Below are positions 37,398 to 47,781 of a DNA stretch of 64,000 nt, piece after piece (position 1 is the stretch's first letter; the number at the start of each line of letters is the position of its first letter). The notes beneath the pieces were generated by a model that did not search any database, had not been told where the DNA came from, and saw nothing but the letters and a program-made list of their open reading frames with translations. The translations under genes and the position numbers were made by a program. This stretch comes from a virus. The stretch lies in IMG/VR virus record IMGVR_UViG_3300020056_000007; one strand, 5' to 3'.

Positions 37398-39047
37398 ATG
37401 CCTGAAGTAAGTAGACAAAATACGAGCAGAATAGCTCAATCATTTTATGTAGATAAAAATAGTGGCATATTTATTACTGATATTGGATTATTTTTCAAGT
37501 CTGCACCTGACACAACGGGTCAACCGGTATATGTAACCATTAGAGCTCTTGAAGGTGGGGTTCCTCATGGATACGTATATATTGCTAAAGCTGAGCAAAG
37601 TTATTCAAATATAAGTGCTTCTATTCCTAATCCTAATGCCACGAATGAAATAAAATTTACATTTGCGCATCCAGTTTATTTAGAGCCTTTTAAATATTAT
37701 GCCTTTACAGTTGAAACTGGAAGTTCTGAATATGAATTATACTATGCAGAAATTTATGACCATGTTCTTAATTCTACTGAAAAATTGGTTGATAAAAATC
37801 CAGTAAGTGGATCTATTTTTTATTCTCAAAATGGTGTGACTTGGTCTGAAAATCAAAACCAAGATTTAAAATTCAAAATATATAAAGCTAATTGGGCAGC
37901 TTATTGGTCAGGGACACGAGCAAATGTATCTCTTCAAAATAAAGCCATATCTCAAGAAATTCTTCCTAATAACCCAATAACTACTGACGGTGCTACTACT
38001 GATATTATCATATCGCATAAACATCATGGATTCCAAGAAGGTGATAAGGTAAATATTTCTGGAGTAACATCAAATTCTGGATATATTGGAGGAATTCATA
38101 TTAATAATATTAATGGACTTAGAACAATAAAATCCGGATCAGGCAACGTTGCTTCTCGTGATTGGCAAGGATATATTTTAGAAACTGGAAGTGGTACTGC
38201 AAACACAACTTTGACAAATGAAATTGGGGGCGGGGCTAATGTTAAGGCTGATAGAAATTTTTTATATAGTACATTTGTTCCAAGTGTTAGTGTTTTAAAA
38301 ACTCATAATACTGCCAGTTTTTATGGCGTAAAAACTATGGCTGCAGGAAAAAATCCATATAATTCTGAAGCTGGTGCATACGTAAGAGACACTGCATACT
38401 CTCAAGTTATGCCAAATAAAACTATGTTTATGTTTAATAATCCAGGATTAATTGCTAGCACTGAAATGGAAGGTGATAATCCTGGTACTTCAATTCCAAA
38501 TAATAAATCTTTTGATTTGAGAATAACACTTTCTTCTGAAGATCCAGCTAATGTTATGCCTTTTGTTGATTTAGAAAGAGCTAGCATTGCTACAATGTAT
38601 GCAGCAGTTGATAATCCAAGTTTAACTGTTAATAGTAGCAGTGGTCAAAATATGGTAATAAATCCGATTGCTGAAACTTTACCAGAAGGTGGAACAACAT
38701 TAGCTAAACACATTACTAAAATATTTCCACTTGAATCAAGCGCTATAGGACTTAGAGTAGCAGTTGCCGGAAACGTATTATCTGGTGGAAGTTTTGATCT
38801 TTATTATAGAGTTGCTGAACTTGATACAAATATATCTACTCAAGCATGGGTATTGATTGCACCATCAAATAATCCAACAACTTCTGAAAAAAGAGGAGTG
38901 TTTAAAGATTATGAATATTTGATTGGTGGTCAATCTGGGTTTACTACACCATTTCAACAGTTTCAATTTAAAATTACAATGAAAGCAAATAATGCAATTA
39001 AAGCGCCTATTTTAAGGGAGTTCAGAGCAATAGCACTGAGTACATAA
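37398..39047 (+). CDS. virion structural protein (VrlC-like C-terminal part)
   Basis: IAQSFYV.....FIT.IGLFF, GSIFYSQNG.TW...Q..DLKF.IYKA, P.LREFRAIAL. Confidence 0.75.
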   Translation: MPEVSRQNTSRIAQSFYVDKNSGIFITDIGLFFKSAPDTTGQPVYVTIRALEGGVPHGYVYIAKAEQSYSNISASIPNPNATNEIKFTFAHPVYLEPFKYYAFTVETGSSEYELYYAEIYDHVLNSTEKLVDKNPVSGSIFYSQNGVTWSENQNQDLKFKIYKANWAAYWSGTRANVSLQNKAISQEILPNNPITTDGATTDIIISHKHHGFQEGDKVNISGVTSNSGYIGGIHINNINGLRTIKSGSGNVASRDWQGYILETGSGTANTTLTNEIGGGANVKADRNFLYSTFVPSVSVLKTHNTASFYGVKTMAAGKNPYNSEAGAYVRDTAYSQVMPNKTMFMFNNPGLIASTEMEGDNPGTSIPNNKSFDLRITLSSEDPANVMPFVDLERASIATMYAAVDNPSLTVNSSSGQNMVINPIAETLPEGGTTLAKHITKIFPLESSAIGLRVAVAGNVLSGGSFDLYYRVAELDTNISTQAWVLIAPSNNPTTSEKRGVFKDYEYLIGGQSGFTTPFQQFQFKITMKANNAIKAPILREFRAIALST

Positions 39048-39050
39048 TTT

Positions 39051-39263
39051 ATGATTGACAATAAAAGACAAGTAGCTGGCAGGCCTGGTCTAGTAAAAAA
39101 TGAAAATACCGGTGTGTTTAACTATATAAATAGCAATGAAACAATTGAAAACATTCGAAAAGCAAAACAGAAAAAACTTGATCAGGAAAAAGATATTGAA
39201 AGCTTAAAAGAAGAAGTAACGGAGATAAAAGATATGCTCCAAAAAATTATGCAAAAACTATAG
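39051..39263 (+). CDS. small coiled-coil protein
   Basis: 70 aa; LKEEVTEIKDMLQKI. Confidence 0.7.
   Translation: MIDNKRQVAGRPGLVKNENTGVFNYINSNETIENIRKAKQKKLDQEKDIESLKEEVTEIKDMLQKIMQKL
39125..39132 (+). promoter_or_regulatory. T4-type late promoter
   Basis: TATAAATA about 150 nt upstream of the 1156-aa fibre gene. Confidence 0.55.
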
Positions 39264-39275
39264 GTAAGAAAAAAG

Positions 39276-42200
39276 ATGGCAAAAGTCTATGTAAATCTAC
39301 AAAATACCATTGGTACATGGGTCGCTAATCACAACGATGTTGTGAATAAAATTGGTGATCTAGCACTATTAGGGACACTTGAAGATAGTAGCTTAGTTAT
39401 GGCTACTAATGAAATACATGACTCTTTAAATGCTACCATAACTCTCCTTGGTTTATATAATCCTGCGGGTTTATCAACAGTAGCTGACTCAGTAGTAGGA
39501 GCAGTAAATGAACTTGATTCTGATATTGGCAACAGAGCTGATTTAGTTACCTTAAATAGAAATACAATTGTAGCTGCAATTAATGAATTGCATGATTCTA
39601 TGGGCACTGCTGCCCTTGGTACATTGGCAACCGATATAAAAGGTGCAATTAATGAACTTCATGATTCAGTAGATCAACTTAATACATTCGTAGATCCAGA
39701 CACAGCACTTAACACAACAGCATCTACTGTATCTGGTGCAATTAACGAACATGAAACTGATATTGGTAATATGACCTTTACAGGTCTAAGTGCAACTAAT
39801 ATCTCTGCAGCGATTAGAGAATTAAGAACTGAACTGGGCGACCACACTTCTCTTACTACTACAGCAACTAATAATGTGGTTGCAGCTATTAATGAAATTA
39901 ATTCAGAACTTTATAATACACCAGATGGAAGTGGATCTAACTTTAATACGACTGCTACAACCATCGAAGGAGCAATTAACGAATTTGAAGCAGCACTTAG
40001 AAATTCTACTGGCGGTGGTGTTAATAACTATACGCTATCGACATTAAAGCAAACTATTGTTGAAGCAATTAATGAACTTCATGATTCACTAGGCACTGAC
40101 GCTCTTAATACATTATCAACTAATATTAAAAGTGCAATTAATGAACTTCATGATTCACTGGGCACTGACTCTCTTAATACATTATCAACTAATATTAAAA
40201 GTGCAATTAATGAACTTCATGATTCACAATCAGCAATTAAAACTTTATTAGGTGGTACTACTACTTTAAGAACCACTGCAACCTCGGTTGTTGGTGGTGT
40301 AAACGAAGTTGACTCACAAATGTCATTCGTTTTACAAGCATTAGGACTTGGTGATCCTAATACAGCATTTGGTACTTATACGCCAGGTACAGATACATAT
40401 GCTGGTAATCTTGGTCAACTTGACGCTAATCTTGGTGATAAATCATCTATTAGACACGCTATAAATGATTTACAAAGTTCTATTGATACCATTGAAGGTA
40501 ATGAACAAACAACGAATACAACAATTGGTTCTTTAGCCAATTTAGATAATGAAATACAAAGATCAAGTATTGTTGGTGCTATTAACTCTTTAAGAGATTC
40601 TGTTCTTGCAATTTATGATTCTCTTACGGTTGATAATTTAACATTCAATGATAATATTATTAGATCTAATTCTACCAACGGACAAATTGATTTAAGACAT
40701 GGTGGACCTGGTGTTGCATCTGAGTTTACATATTTAACAATTAAAAGATTTGCTGATAGCGATACACTTATTACTACTGATGCTGGTGGTTCAGGTATAC
40801 TTCTTGCCGATTCTGCAGTTACCATTCAAGGTAATTTAAGAGTACAAGGTACGACTACTTATGTCAATACCGAAACAGTTGAGATTGATGACAACATTAT
40901 ATTATTGAATGCTAACGTAGCATCAAATGTTGCTGGAACTGAAAATGCTGGACTCGAAGTTAATCGTGGAAATTTAGCGAATGCATTTATAAGATGGAAT
41001 GAAACTAATGACAAGTGGGAAGCCACTATGGCAAATGATGGTTCTGTTGAAACCATCTTAACCACATCTGATAAGAGCGGTATTAGTGGAGCTAATATTA
41101 ATGATGATGCTGTCTCTAATGCTAAACTTGCAAACATGGGTGCAAACACTGTTAAGGTTAGAGATGCTAATAGTGCTGGTGATCCATCGGATAAAGCGGT
41201 TGGAATTGCTCAAATCTTAATTGGTACACCAACAGGATTTACTTCGGATTCACTTTCAGGTGATGTCAGTATGACAAGTGCTGGCGCGGTAACTATTGTC
41301 GATGATGCAGTTACATATGCTAAAATCCAAAATGTATCGGCGACAAATAGAATTTTAGGTAGAGATACTGCAGGTGCTGGAGTTATAGAAGAAATTACTC
41401 CAACTAATGTAAGAACAATGCTTAATGTTGAGGATGGCGCAAATGCTTATAGCCATCCTAATCACTCAGGCGATGTTACTTCAACCGGTGATGGTGCTAC
41501 TACCATTGCAAATGATGCAGTTACATATGCTAAGATGCAAAATGTTGTAACAGCCAATAGAGTTCTTGGTTCTACTTCAGCGGATGGTGTGGTTAGTGAA
41601 GTTCAAGTATCTACTAATATGATTGCCGATTCCGCAGTTACATACGCTAAAATGCAGAATGTTTTAACAGCTAATAGACTCCTTGGATCTACATCAGCAA
41701 ATAGTAACGTTAGTGAAGTTCAAGTAGCCACTGGTATGATTGCAAATGATGCTGTGACTTATGCTAAAATCCAAAATGTTGCGACAGCTAATAGAGTTCT
41801 TGGCTCTTCTTCGGCAGGGGGTGTAGTATCTGAAGTTCAAGTTTCTAATGCCATGTTAGCTGGTTCAATTGCTAATAATAAATTAGCTAACAGCGCTATT
41901 ACTATTGCTGGAGTATCAACTTCATTAGGTGGATCAATTTTAGATTCACTTGGCGAAGTTCCAGGGATACATACCGGAGGAGGAAGTGCAGATCAAGATA
42001 GTACACAATCTATTTTCATTGGTCATCAAAATCCAATAAGTGGAGTTCTTGGTACATCTTCAGTAGGTATTGGTTGGCATGCAGGACAGTCACTTACTAA
42101 TGCTTCGAATTATGCTACTTCAGTAGGACACGGATCTGGTAAAAATAATAATGGTGATTATAATAGTTCTTTTGGCGCAAATGCAATGGGTGCTGGATCA

Positions 42201-42746
42201 GCTACATCAGGAAATTATAATACATCACTAGGTTATCAGGCAGGTTATGAGATAAGTAGTGGCACAAATAATGTGAATGCTGGTGCATTTGCTGGCGCGG
42301 AAATCCAAACTGGTGGTGGTAACGTTGCACTTGGTTATGGGGCAGGTCCTGCAAATGGAGGTTCTGGTGTTTCTGATAATATTTACATCGGACATTTGGC
42401 AGGAAGTACGGGAACGACTGGTGATAACAATATTATTATTGGTAAAAATGCTCAGAAATCTGCTGCTACTGTAAGTAATGAAATTACGCTCGGTGATACG
42501 GCAATTACAAGATTTAGAATACCTGGGCTTGATCTCGATACTAATAGTGCAACTGGTGGCCAAGCACTTAGATGGAATGCTACTAATGGAGGATTTGAAT
42601 GGTATACTCCATCAAGTGGAGTAACTGCTGGAGATTATATAACTAACAGTAGTGGTACATTTAATGTAAATGCAGGAGATACATTACTTATTAAAAATTC
42701 TGGAGGTACCACACTAAAAACAATTGTGAGTTTGGGTAGTGTATAA
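39276..42746 (+). CDS. tail fibre / fibritin-like repetitive structural protein
   Basis: Repeated AINELHDS helical units, DAVTYAKMQNV repeats, Gly-rich YadA-head-like repeats. Confidence 0.75.
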   Translation: MAKVYVNLQNTIGTWVANHNDVVNKIGDLALLGTLEDSSLVMATNEIHDSLNATITLLGLYNPAGLSTVADSVVGAVNELDSDIGNRADLVTLNRNTIVAAINELHDSMGTAALGTLATDIKGAINELHDSVDQLNTFVDPDTALNTTASTVSGAINEHETDIGNMTFTGLSATNISAAIRELRTELGDHTSLTTTATNNVVAAINEINSELYNTPDGSGSNFNTTATTIEGAINEFEAALRNSTGGGVNNYTLSTLKQTIVEAINELHDSLGTDALNTLSTNIKSAINELHDSLGTDSLNTLSTNIKSAINELHDSQSAIKTLLGGTTTLRTTATSVVGGVNEVDSQMSFVLQALGLGDPNTAFGTYTPGTDTYAGNLGQLDANLGDKSSIRHAINDLQSSIDTIEGNEQTTNTTIGSLANLDNEIQRSSIVGAINSLRDSVLAIYDSLTVDNLTFNDNIIRSNSTNGQIDLRHGGPGVASEFTYLTIKRFADSDTLITTDAGGSGILLADSAVTIQGNLRVQGTTTYVNTETVEIDDNIILLNANVASNVAGTENAGLEVNRGNLANAFIRWNETNDKWEATMANDGSVETILTTSDKSGISGANINDDAVSNAKLANMGANTVKVRDANSAGDPSDKAVGIAQILIGTPTGFTSDSLSGDVSMTSAGAVTIVDDAVTYAKIQNVSATNRILGRDTAGAGVIEEITPTNVRTMLNVEDGANAYSHPNHSGDVTSTGDGATTIANDAVTYAKMQNVVTANRVLGSTSADGVVSEVQVSTNMIADSAVTYAKMQNVLTANRLLGSTSANSNVSEVQVATGMIANDAVTYAKIQNVATANRVLGSSSAGGVVSEVQVSNAMLAGSIANNKLANSAITIAGVSTSLGGSILDSLGEVPGIHTGGGSADQDSTQSIFIGHQNPISGVLGTSSVGIGWHAGQSLTNASNYATSVGHGSGKNNNGDYNSSFGANAMGAGSATSGNYNTSLGYQAGYEISSGTNNVNAGAFAGAEIQTGGGNVALGYGAGPANGGSGVSDNIYIGHLAGSTGTTGDNNIIIGKNAQKSAATVSNEITLGDTAITRFRIPGLDLDTNSATGGQALRWNATNGGFEWYTPSSGVTAGDYITNSSGTFNVNAGDTLLIKNSGGTTLKTIVSLGSV
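40065..40227 (+). repeat. 69-bp tandem repeat (about 2.4 copies)
   Basis: GCAATTAATGAACTTCATGATTCAC... at 40065, 40134 and 40203; the two full copies differ at 2 positions. Confidence 0.9.
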
Positions 42747-42786
42747 AACGTAATATATAATACCATATAATGGAGATGATAGTAAT

Positions 42787-43866
42787 ATGGCTGTAGTAAC
42801 ACCACTTAAAGTTTTAAACGGCGGAGATCTCAAGCAAATGAGTACTGCCGAAATAACTTATATTAAAGATAGATGTAGATATTTGTATGGTACAGACCCA
42901 ACTGTAACATTATCAGTTGTAACTACTGGTGCAACCAATCATATTGATGTTGAAGGTACGAATCAATATATGATTGATGATAGATGGCAAACTGGTACCT
43001 CTGCAACAAATGCAACTACTTATCCCGCCGAAGCTACAACAGGCGAACCAACAATTATTACACCAATTCAATATGATTATATTGATGAAACACGTACAGC
43101 TGCAAGTCAACCCTCTGACATTAATTCTGTAAGGTTTCCACTTTATTATGATGGAAATGGAGATCTTAGATCTATGTCTCAAACAGATATGTTAGATACA
43201 TTTATTTTGCCAGCAATTGATACTATAACGGCATCTGTGGGTCAGCCTGGAACATATAGAGTGCATACTGCAACAACGTTAGCTGGTTATACTGCTGTTG
43301 CAACAGATGCAATTTTTACTGATACTCGCGCAGATCAAAGTGCATATAATGTTACAGATACCCCTACAGCTCCAACAGGTGCAGCAGCAACAATTGGAGC
43401 TTCTGGTACTACACAAGATATTTCTGAAATAGTAAGTAACTATTATTTGTTACAAGCAAATAATATAAGTGAGCCAAGTATTACATTAGCATCAGATGAT
43501 TTAAATTATGGTGGTACTGAAGAACTTGCGCTTGCTTATATAGTAGCAGGACCTAATGATATTAGGGAGTATACTTTAGCTCAGCTAGATGATATATTAA
43601 AAAGTTACATGAAATATGCTGCGTCTGCTCATACTGGGTCAAGAATTCGTTATAGATTAGCATATGATGCGGATGGCGCTGGAGCAGGAACGGCTACTTA
43701 TACAGGTACAACGCTAGGAAGTGTAATTGCTAATACTAGGATCACATCAGTATCAGGTGATTTAAAAAGAAGGTTTGTGAATGCTAATGATTATCGTTCA
43801 CAAGAATTTCCCGTTGGAACTGCAACGGCTCAACAATATTGGACTTTAAAGATGGATCAATACTAA
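42787..43866 (+). CDS. virion structural protein (fibre-associated)
   Basis: Thr/Ala-rich 359 aa with internal repeat (GDLKQMS/GDLRSMS); GGAG RBS. Confidence 0.65.
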   Translation: MAVVTPLKVLNGGDLKQMSTAEITYIKDRCRYLYGTDPTVTLSVVTTGATNHIDVEGTNQYMIDDRWQTGTSATNATTYPAEATTGEPTIITPIQYDYIDETRTAASQPSDINSVRFPLYYDGNGDLRSMSQTDMLDTFILPAIDTITASVGQPGTYRVHTATTLAGYTAVATDAIFTDTRADQSAYNVTDTPTAPTGAAATIGASGTTQDISEIVSNYYLLQANNISEPSITLASDDLNYGGTEELALAYIVAGPNDIREYTLAQLDDILKSYMKYAASAHTGSRIRYRLAYDADGAGAGTATYTGTTLGSVIANTRITSVSGDLKRRFVNANDYRSQEFPVGTATAQQYWTLKMDQY

Positions 43867-44354
43867 TGTTTACAAAAGAAAACGTAATTAACGCAAGATA
43901 TTCTAATAACAGAGATTTAGTGTTAGTAGAATGGGTTGACGAAAATGATATTCGTCGAATTTATAATTTATTTGAAGATAATAATGATCCAGCATGGAAA
44001 TCTCTTAGAGAAGCTGGCTGGACTAAAAAGAAAATTGATGAAGCAAGCGAAAAGTATAAAGTCGATTTTTCAAAAAACTTCGAAGATTTAGCTAGAAATA
44101 TTTTTAGAAAAAATGATGAAGCTGAGTATAGAAATCTTTTAGAAGATTTATTTAATGATAATGTAGAAGATGGTCGTGATACTCAGCATTTATTCACTTT
44201 AAAATTATTTTTATTTGAATTAAGCGAAGTTAAAAGAAGCACTAATAGAGAAGCTAAAGTGGCTTTACGTAAAGCGAAAAGTTCAAGGGAAGCTTTGTTT
44301 ATAGCTATTGATATTGTAAAAGAAACTCCCCCAGTTGAGGCGGAAGAATCTTAG
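43866..44354 (+). CDS. hypothetical protein (possible fibre chaperone)
   Basis: TAATG coupling; charged helical protein. Confidence 0.6.
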   Translation: MFTKENVINARYSNNRDLVLVEWVDENDIRRIYNLFEDNNDPAWKSLREAGWTKKKIDEASEKYKVDFSKNFEDLARNIFRKNDEAEYRNLLEDLFNDNVEDGRDTQHLFTLKLFLFELSEVKRSTNREAKVALRKAKSSREALFIAIDIVKETPPVEAEES

Positions 44355-44901
44355 GATTCAACATAGTTTCATACGATTGATTAAATAAGTAAACGTTATA
44401 ATCAATTACATTTATTTTTTCTTTTTGTTCTATAAATTCATAAGAACAATACTTATCACTTCGTAAATATTGATTGAATGTTCCAGCAAATTTTTCATAA
44501 ATAAATTGATCTATTCCTCTTGAATATTCAATCATAAAATAATTTGGATCTTTCTCAAATCCTTTATAGATGTGAGAGTAATCGCCAGACCATGACATTA
44601 TACTACTATTAAGTGGTGTGTGAAATGGCTTTCTCCACCATGCATGGCATAAAGTAAAATTTTTTCTTACAAGATTATTACAGTCTCCTGTAATAATTAT
44701 GTCTAAGTCAAAATATATATTTTGGCCATCTCTATATCTATCGAACATAAGAAGCTTATTAAAAACTCCTTCATATTCATCATCTCTTATTACCACAAAT
44801 TCTTCATATTGTAAACCAGAAAAATTATCAATCATATGTTTTAAATTATCAACATACCATTCACTAAATTTATTTCCAGTGTTTACACAAATAATTCTCA
44901 T
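44305..44901 (-). CDS. GT-A fold glycosyltransferase-like
   Basis: ICVNTGNKF...YV..L, NKL, YFDLD, NSSIMSW, GIDQFI. Confidence 0.75.
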   Translation of the reverse strand: MRIICVNTGNKFSEWYVDNLKHMIDNFSGLQYEEFVVIRDDEYEGVFNKLLMFDRYRDGQNIYFDLDIIITGDCNNLVRKNFTLCHAWWRKPFHTPLNSSIMSWSGDYSHIYKGFEKDPNYFMIEYSRGIDQFIYEKFAGTFNQYLRSDKYCSYEFIEQKEKINVIDYNVYLFNQSYETMLNPKILPPQLGEFLLQYQ

Positions 44902-45569
44902 GTCCAATGCTTTCTTATCCAAGATGTATTAGATTTATGTATATAATTGTTATTAGTAAAATGCACAATTTTTATATCTTTATCAATTTCTTCATCCATA
45001 ATCATAAATTCTTTATTATATAATTTACAATATTCTAATTGCATTTGATAATTTAAAGCATCATCATTGTAGTATCGTACCATCCAATTATCTGGTAGAG
45101 TTACTATGTTTTCTACATTATCAAAAACAAAATTTTGTTCGCCGTGTCCTTTAATATTTACAGTGCCATTATTATAATAATATGATTCCCAATACTCTTT
45201 ATTTTTTGACCATTTATCAGTTAGATCAGTAAACGCATTTCCTTTAAATTTATAAAAGCCACCATTTATCGGTAGTGTACTTACTGTACTTGAATATGTT
45301 AATAATTCATTATCTTTAATTGGATATGATAACATGTCGTCAATATTGTTAACAATAACTTGATCTATATCCATAACTATAACATCATCGAGTGTTTCAG
45401 TAAATGTTGGATCAAAAAATTCTAATTTGTGCCAATGCGATTTTCTTTTTGGTTTATAACAAAAAAATTCAAAATCAATAGTCGTATTTTTAGATATTCC
45501 TCTTTCAAGTTTTTCAACATAATCATAAGAATATTTTCCTTCATAATATAAACAAAATATTTTTAACAT
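44898..45569 (-). CDS. GT-A fold glycosyltransferase-like
   Basis: KY..DYV..L, WHKLEFF, MDIDQ, INGGFY, GEQNFV, KIVHF. Confidence 0.75.
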   Translation of the reverse strand: MLKIFCLYYEGKYSYDYVEKLERGISKNTTIDFEFFCYKPKRKSHWHKLEFFDPTFTETLDDVIVMDIDQVIVNNIDDMLSYPIKDNELLTYSSTVSTLPINGGFYKFKGNAFTDLTDKWSKNKEYWESYYYNNGTVNIKGHGEQNFVFDNVENIVTLPDNWMVRYYNDDALNYQMQLEYCKLYNKEFMIMDEEIDKDIKIVHFTNNNYIHKSNTSWIRKHWT

Positions 45570-46291
45570 TTTCCTATAACCATAAACCTTTTATAACCAT
45601 TAGGCATATCAAGTGATCCTTTATATATTTTTTGTTTAATTCCTGATTTTTCTAATAATTCATCTTCATTTTCAACACAATTAATATGATCATTTACATG
45701 AAACATATTATTACTTTGTAAAGCAAATATTGTATTTTCTCTATAATTTTTATTTTCTAATATTTTAGGTAAGCTAGGCATATGTTCAGAAGAAGTATTA
45801 ATAACTACATGTGTTTTATCGTCATCCATAATTGGATCGAGTATGTTTTGACAATAATGATTTCCTGCAATATTATAAATTGACATAAAATTTTCAAAAA
45901 ACTTTTTCGTTTTAGGATCTATATCAATGTTATCAATTGATTCGATTTGATCTGAATTTTGTTTTAGCATTATAGATAATGGAGATCCAAACCAACCTCC
46001 TAATAGTTGAACTCTTATTTTCTCATTTAATTCAAAAAATGTTGGAATAACTAAAGATAATTTTTCAACTAACCATGTTTTAGATTCAATTTGGCTTGGG
46101 CCCATACTATCAAGAAAATGAACAATATCCATTTCTTTTTCGTATGCTATAGTCCATAACATTTGTAATAGATGTTTATTAATTTTATCTTCTAATAATG
46201 GTTTAGTAACTTTTAAATATGAATATGGATCAAGCTTTTCTTCGTTAAAAGCTTTCCATAACACATTCCATATTTCTTTTTCTATAATCAT
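45563..46291 (-). CDS. class I SAM-dependent methyltransferase-like
   Basis: SK.WL, LLGGWFG, IDID, VINTSSEH, ALQSNN, RFMVIG. Confidence 0.6.
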   Translation of the reverse strand: MIIEKEIWNVLWKAFNEEKLDPYSYLKVTKPLLEDKINKHLLQMLWTIAYEKEMDIVHFLDSMGPSQIESKTWLVEKLSLVIPTFFELNEKIRVQLLGGWFGSPLSIMLKQNSDQIESIDNIDIDPKTKKFFENFMSIYNIAGNHYCQNILDPIMDDDKTHVVINTSSEHMPSLPKILENKNYRENTIFALQSNNMFHVNDHINCVENEDELLEKSGIKQKIYKGSLDMPNGYKRFMVIGKC

Positions 46292-47781
46292 TTTCTTATA
46301 ATATAATCATTAATTACTAATAGATCCATTCCTGTTTTATTAAAAGTGGCAATTGCTTCTTCTGGTGTTTCTACAATTGGTTCTTGACAATTAAAGCTTG
46401 TATTTAATAACATAGGCATTGCAGTTGCATAAAAAAAATCAGTGATTAACTTATAAAATTTAGGATTATCACTTTCATTTACTGTTTGTATTCTTGCAGT
46501 ATTATCTATGTGAGTTACACCCGGAATTTTATCTTTATGTTTAACTTTTACAATTCTACTCATATATGGACTTGGTTTATGTGTATCAAAAAAATATTCA
46601 TACCACTCTTCTAAGACTGCTGGTGCGAATGGCCTAAAATCTTCACGTAATTTTATAGTATTATTAATTACAAATTTAATATCATGCCTTCTTGGATCTG
46701 CTAATATACTTCTATTTCCTAAAGCTCTATTTCCACTTTCTGATTCATCTTGAAACCAACCAACAATTGCACCATCTGCAATTGCTTGTGCTATTTCTTT
46801 GTAATTAACTTTTTCTTTACCTTTAAAATTATATTTTTTTCCAGCATATGTTTTTGGAGTATGAATGTTATTATTTAACATATAATCAGCATGCATATAT
46901 GTCCCTAATGCCTGTCCTTCATCTCCAGCTGCAGGCGGTACATGCACGTTTTCGTATTTTTCAAAAAACATTTCATTCACATATCCATTATAAGCAACTC
47001 CTCCTGCAATACATAAATTTGTTGATGATTGCAGAGGATATACGTGTTCTCTTATAATATCTTCTGTAAAGACTTGTAATGTATGTGCAATTGAATCTGG
47101 TGGAACATTTTGTGAATCTACCATACGTATAAAATCATCTTTATCAATTCGGTTTTGATGTAATTCTTCTAACATAAGATAGATAGAATCTTTTAAAGCG
47201 CCGTAAGCAGAAAGACCCATTACTTTTCCTGCACCTAAAAATCCGAAACCTAAATATTGAGAGATAAAATTCCAAAGTTCACCAATATTTATTTTGCTAG
47301 ATAAATCTATAATTTTTTGATTTTTATCAATAAAAATACAATTAAAATTATATCCTCTTCCGTCAATTGCTAATATATCTGATTCTTCAAATCCAGAAGT
47401 TAAATAAGCATATGCAGCATGTGATTGATGATGATCAATATAATATGTGTTATTAATCATTTTATAATCCCATAGATTAGTGGGTTTAAAATCAAGATAT
47501 TCTTTAGAAATTTTATATGGTGTTATTTGATTAACACCACCAATAGTAGTTGTGAAAGCAAACACTTCATGGTTTTCAGGTTTATAATATTCTTCATAGA
47601 ATTTTATACCAGCTTCGTTAGAATGTTTTTGTGGTATAAACACACCATTAAATGGATATACGTTTTCATCTAACTTAGGTAGATTATGTTTTAATCTACT
47701 ATATCTTTCTATTTGATTATGAAATAAACCATCATATGTATTATGATCATGAGGACTAAATGATGCACTAAAGATTTTCAT
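46288..47781 (-). CDS. carbamoyltransferase (NodU/CmcH/TobZ family)
   Basis: HD, ER..R.KH, DHHQSHA, IDGRG, GKVMGLSAYG, AGGVAYN, GDEG.ALG, E.G.RALGNRSILADPR, RE.FRPFAP, H.D.TAR.QTV, LLNTSFN. Confidence 0.95.
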   Translation of the reverse strand: MKIFSASFSPHDHNTYDGLFHNQIERYSRLKHNLPKLDENVYPFNGVFIPQKHSNEAGIKFYEEYYKPENHEVFAFTTTIGGVNQITPYKISKEYLDFKPTNLWDYKMINNTYYIDHHQSHAAYAYLTSGFEESDILAIDGRGYNFNCIFIDKNQKIIDLSSKINIGELWNFISQYLGFGFLGAGKVMGLSAYGALKDSIYLMLEELHQNRIDKDDFIRMVDSQNVPPDSIAHTLQVFTEDIIREHVYPLQSSTNLCIAGGVAYNGYVNEMFFEKYENVHVPPAAGDEGQALGTYMHADYMLNNNIHTPKTYAGKKYNFKGKEKVNYKEIAQAIADGAIVGWFQDESESGNRALGNRSILADPRRHDIKFVINNTIKLREDFRPFAPAVLEEWYEYFFDTHKPSPYMSRIVKVKHKDKIPGVTHIDNTARIQTVNESDNPKFYKLITDFFYATAMPMLLNTSFNCQEPIVETPEEAIATFNKTGMDLLVINDYIIRK

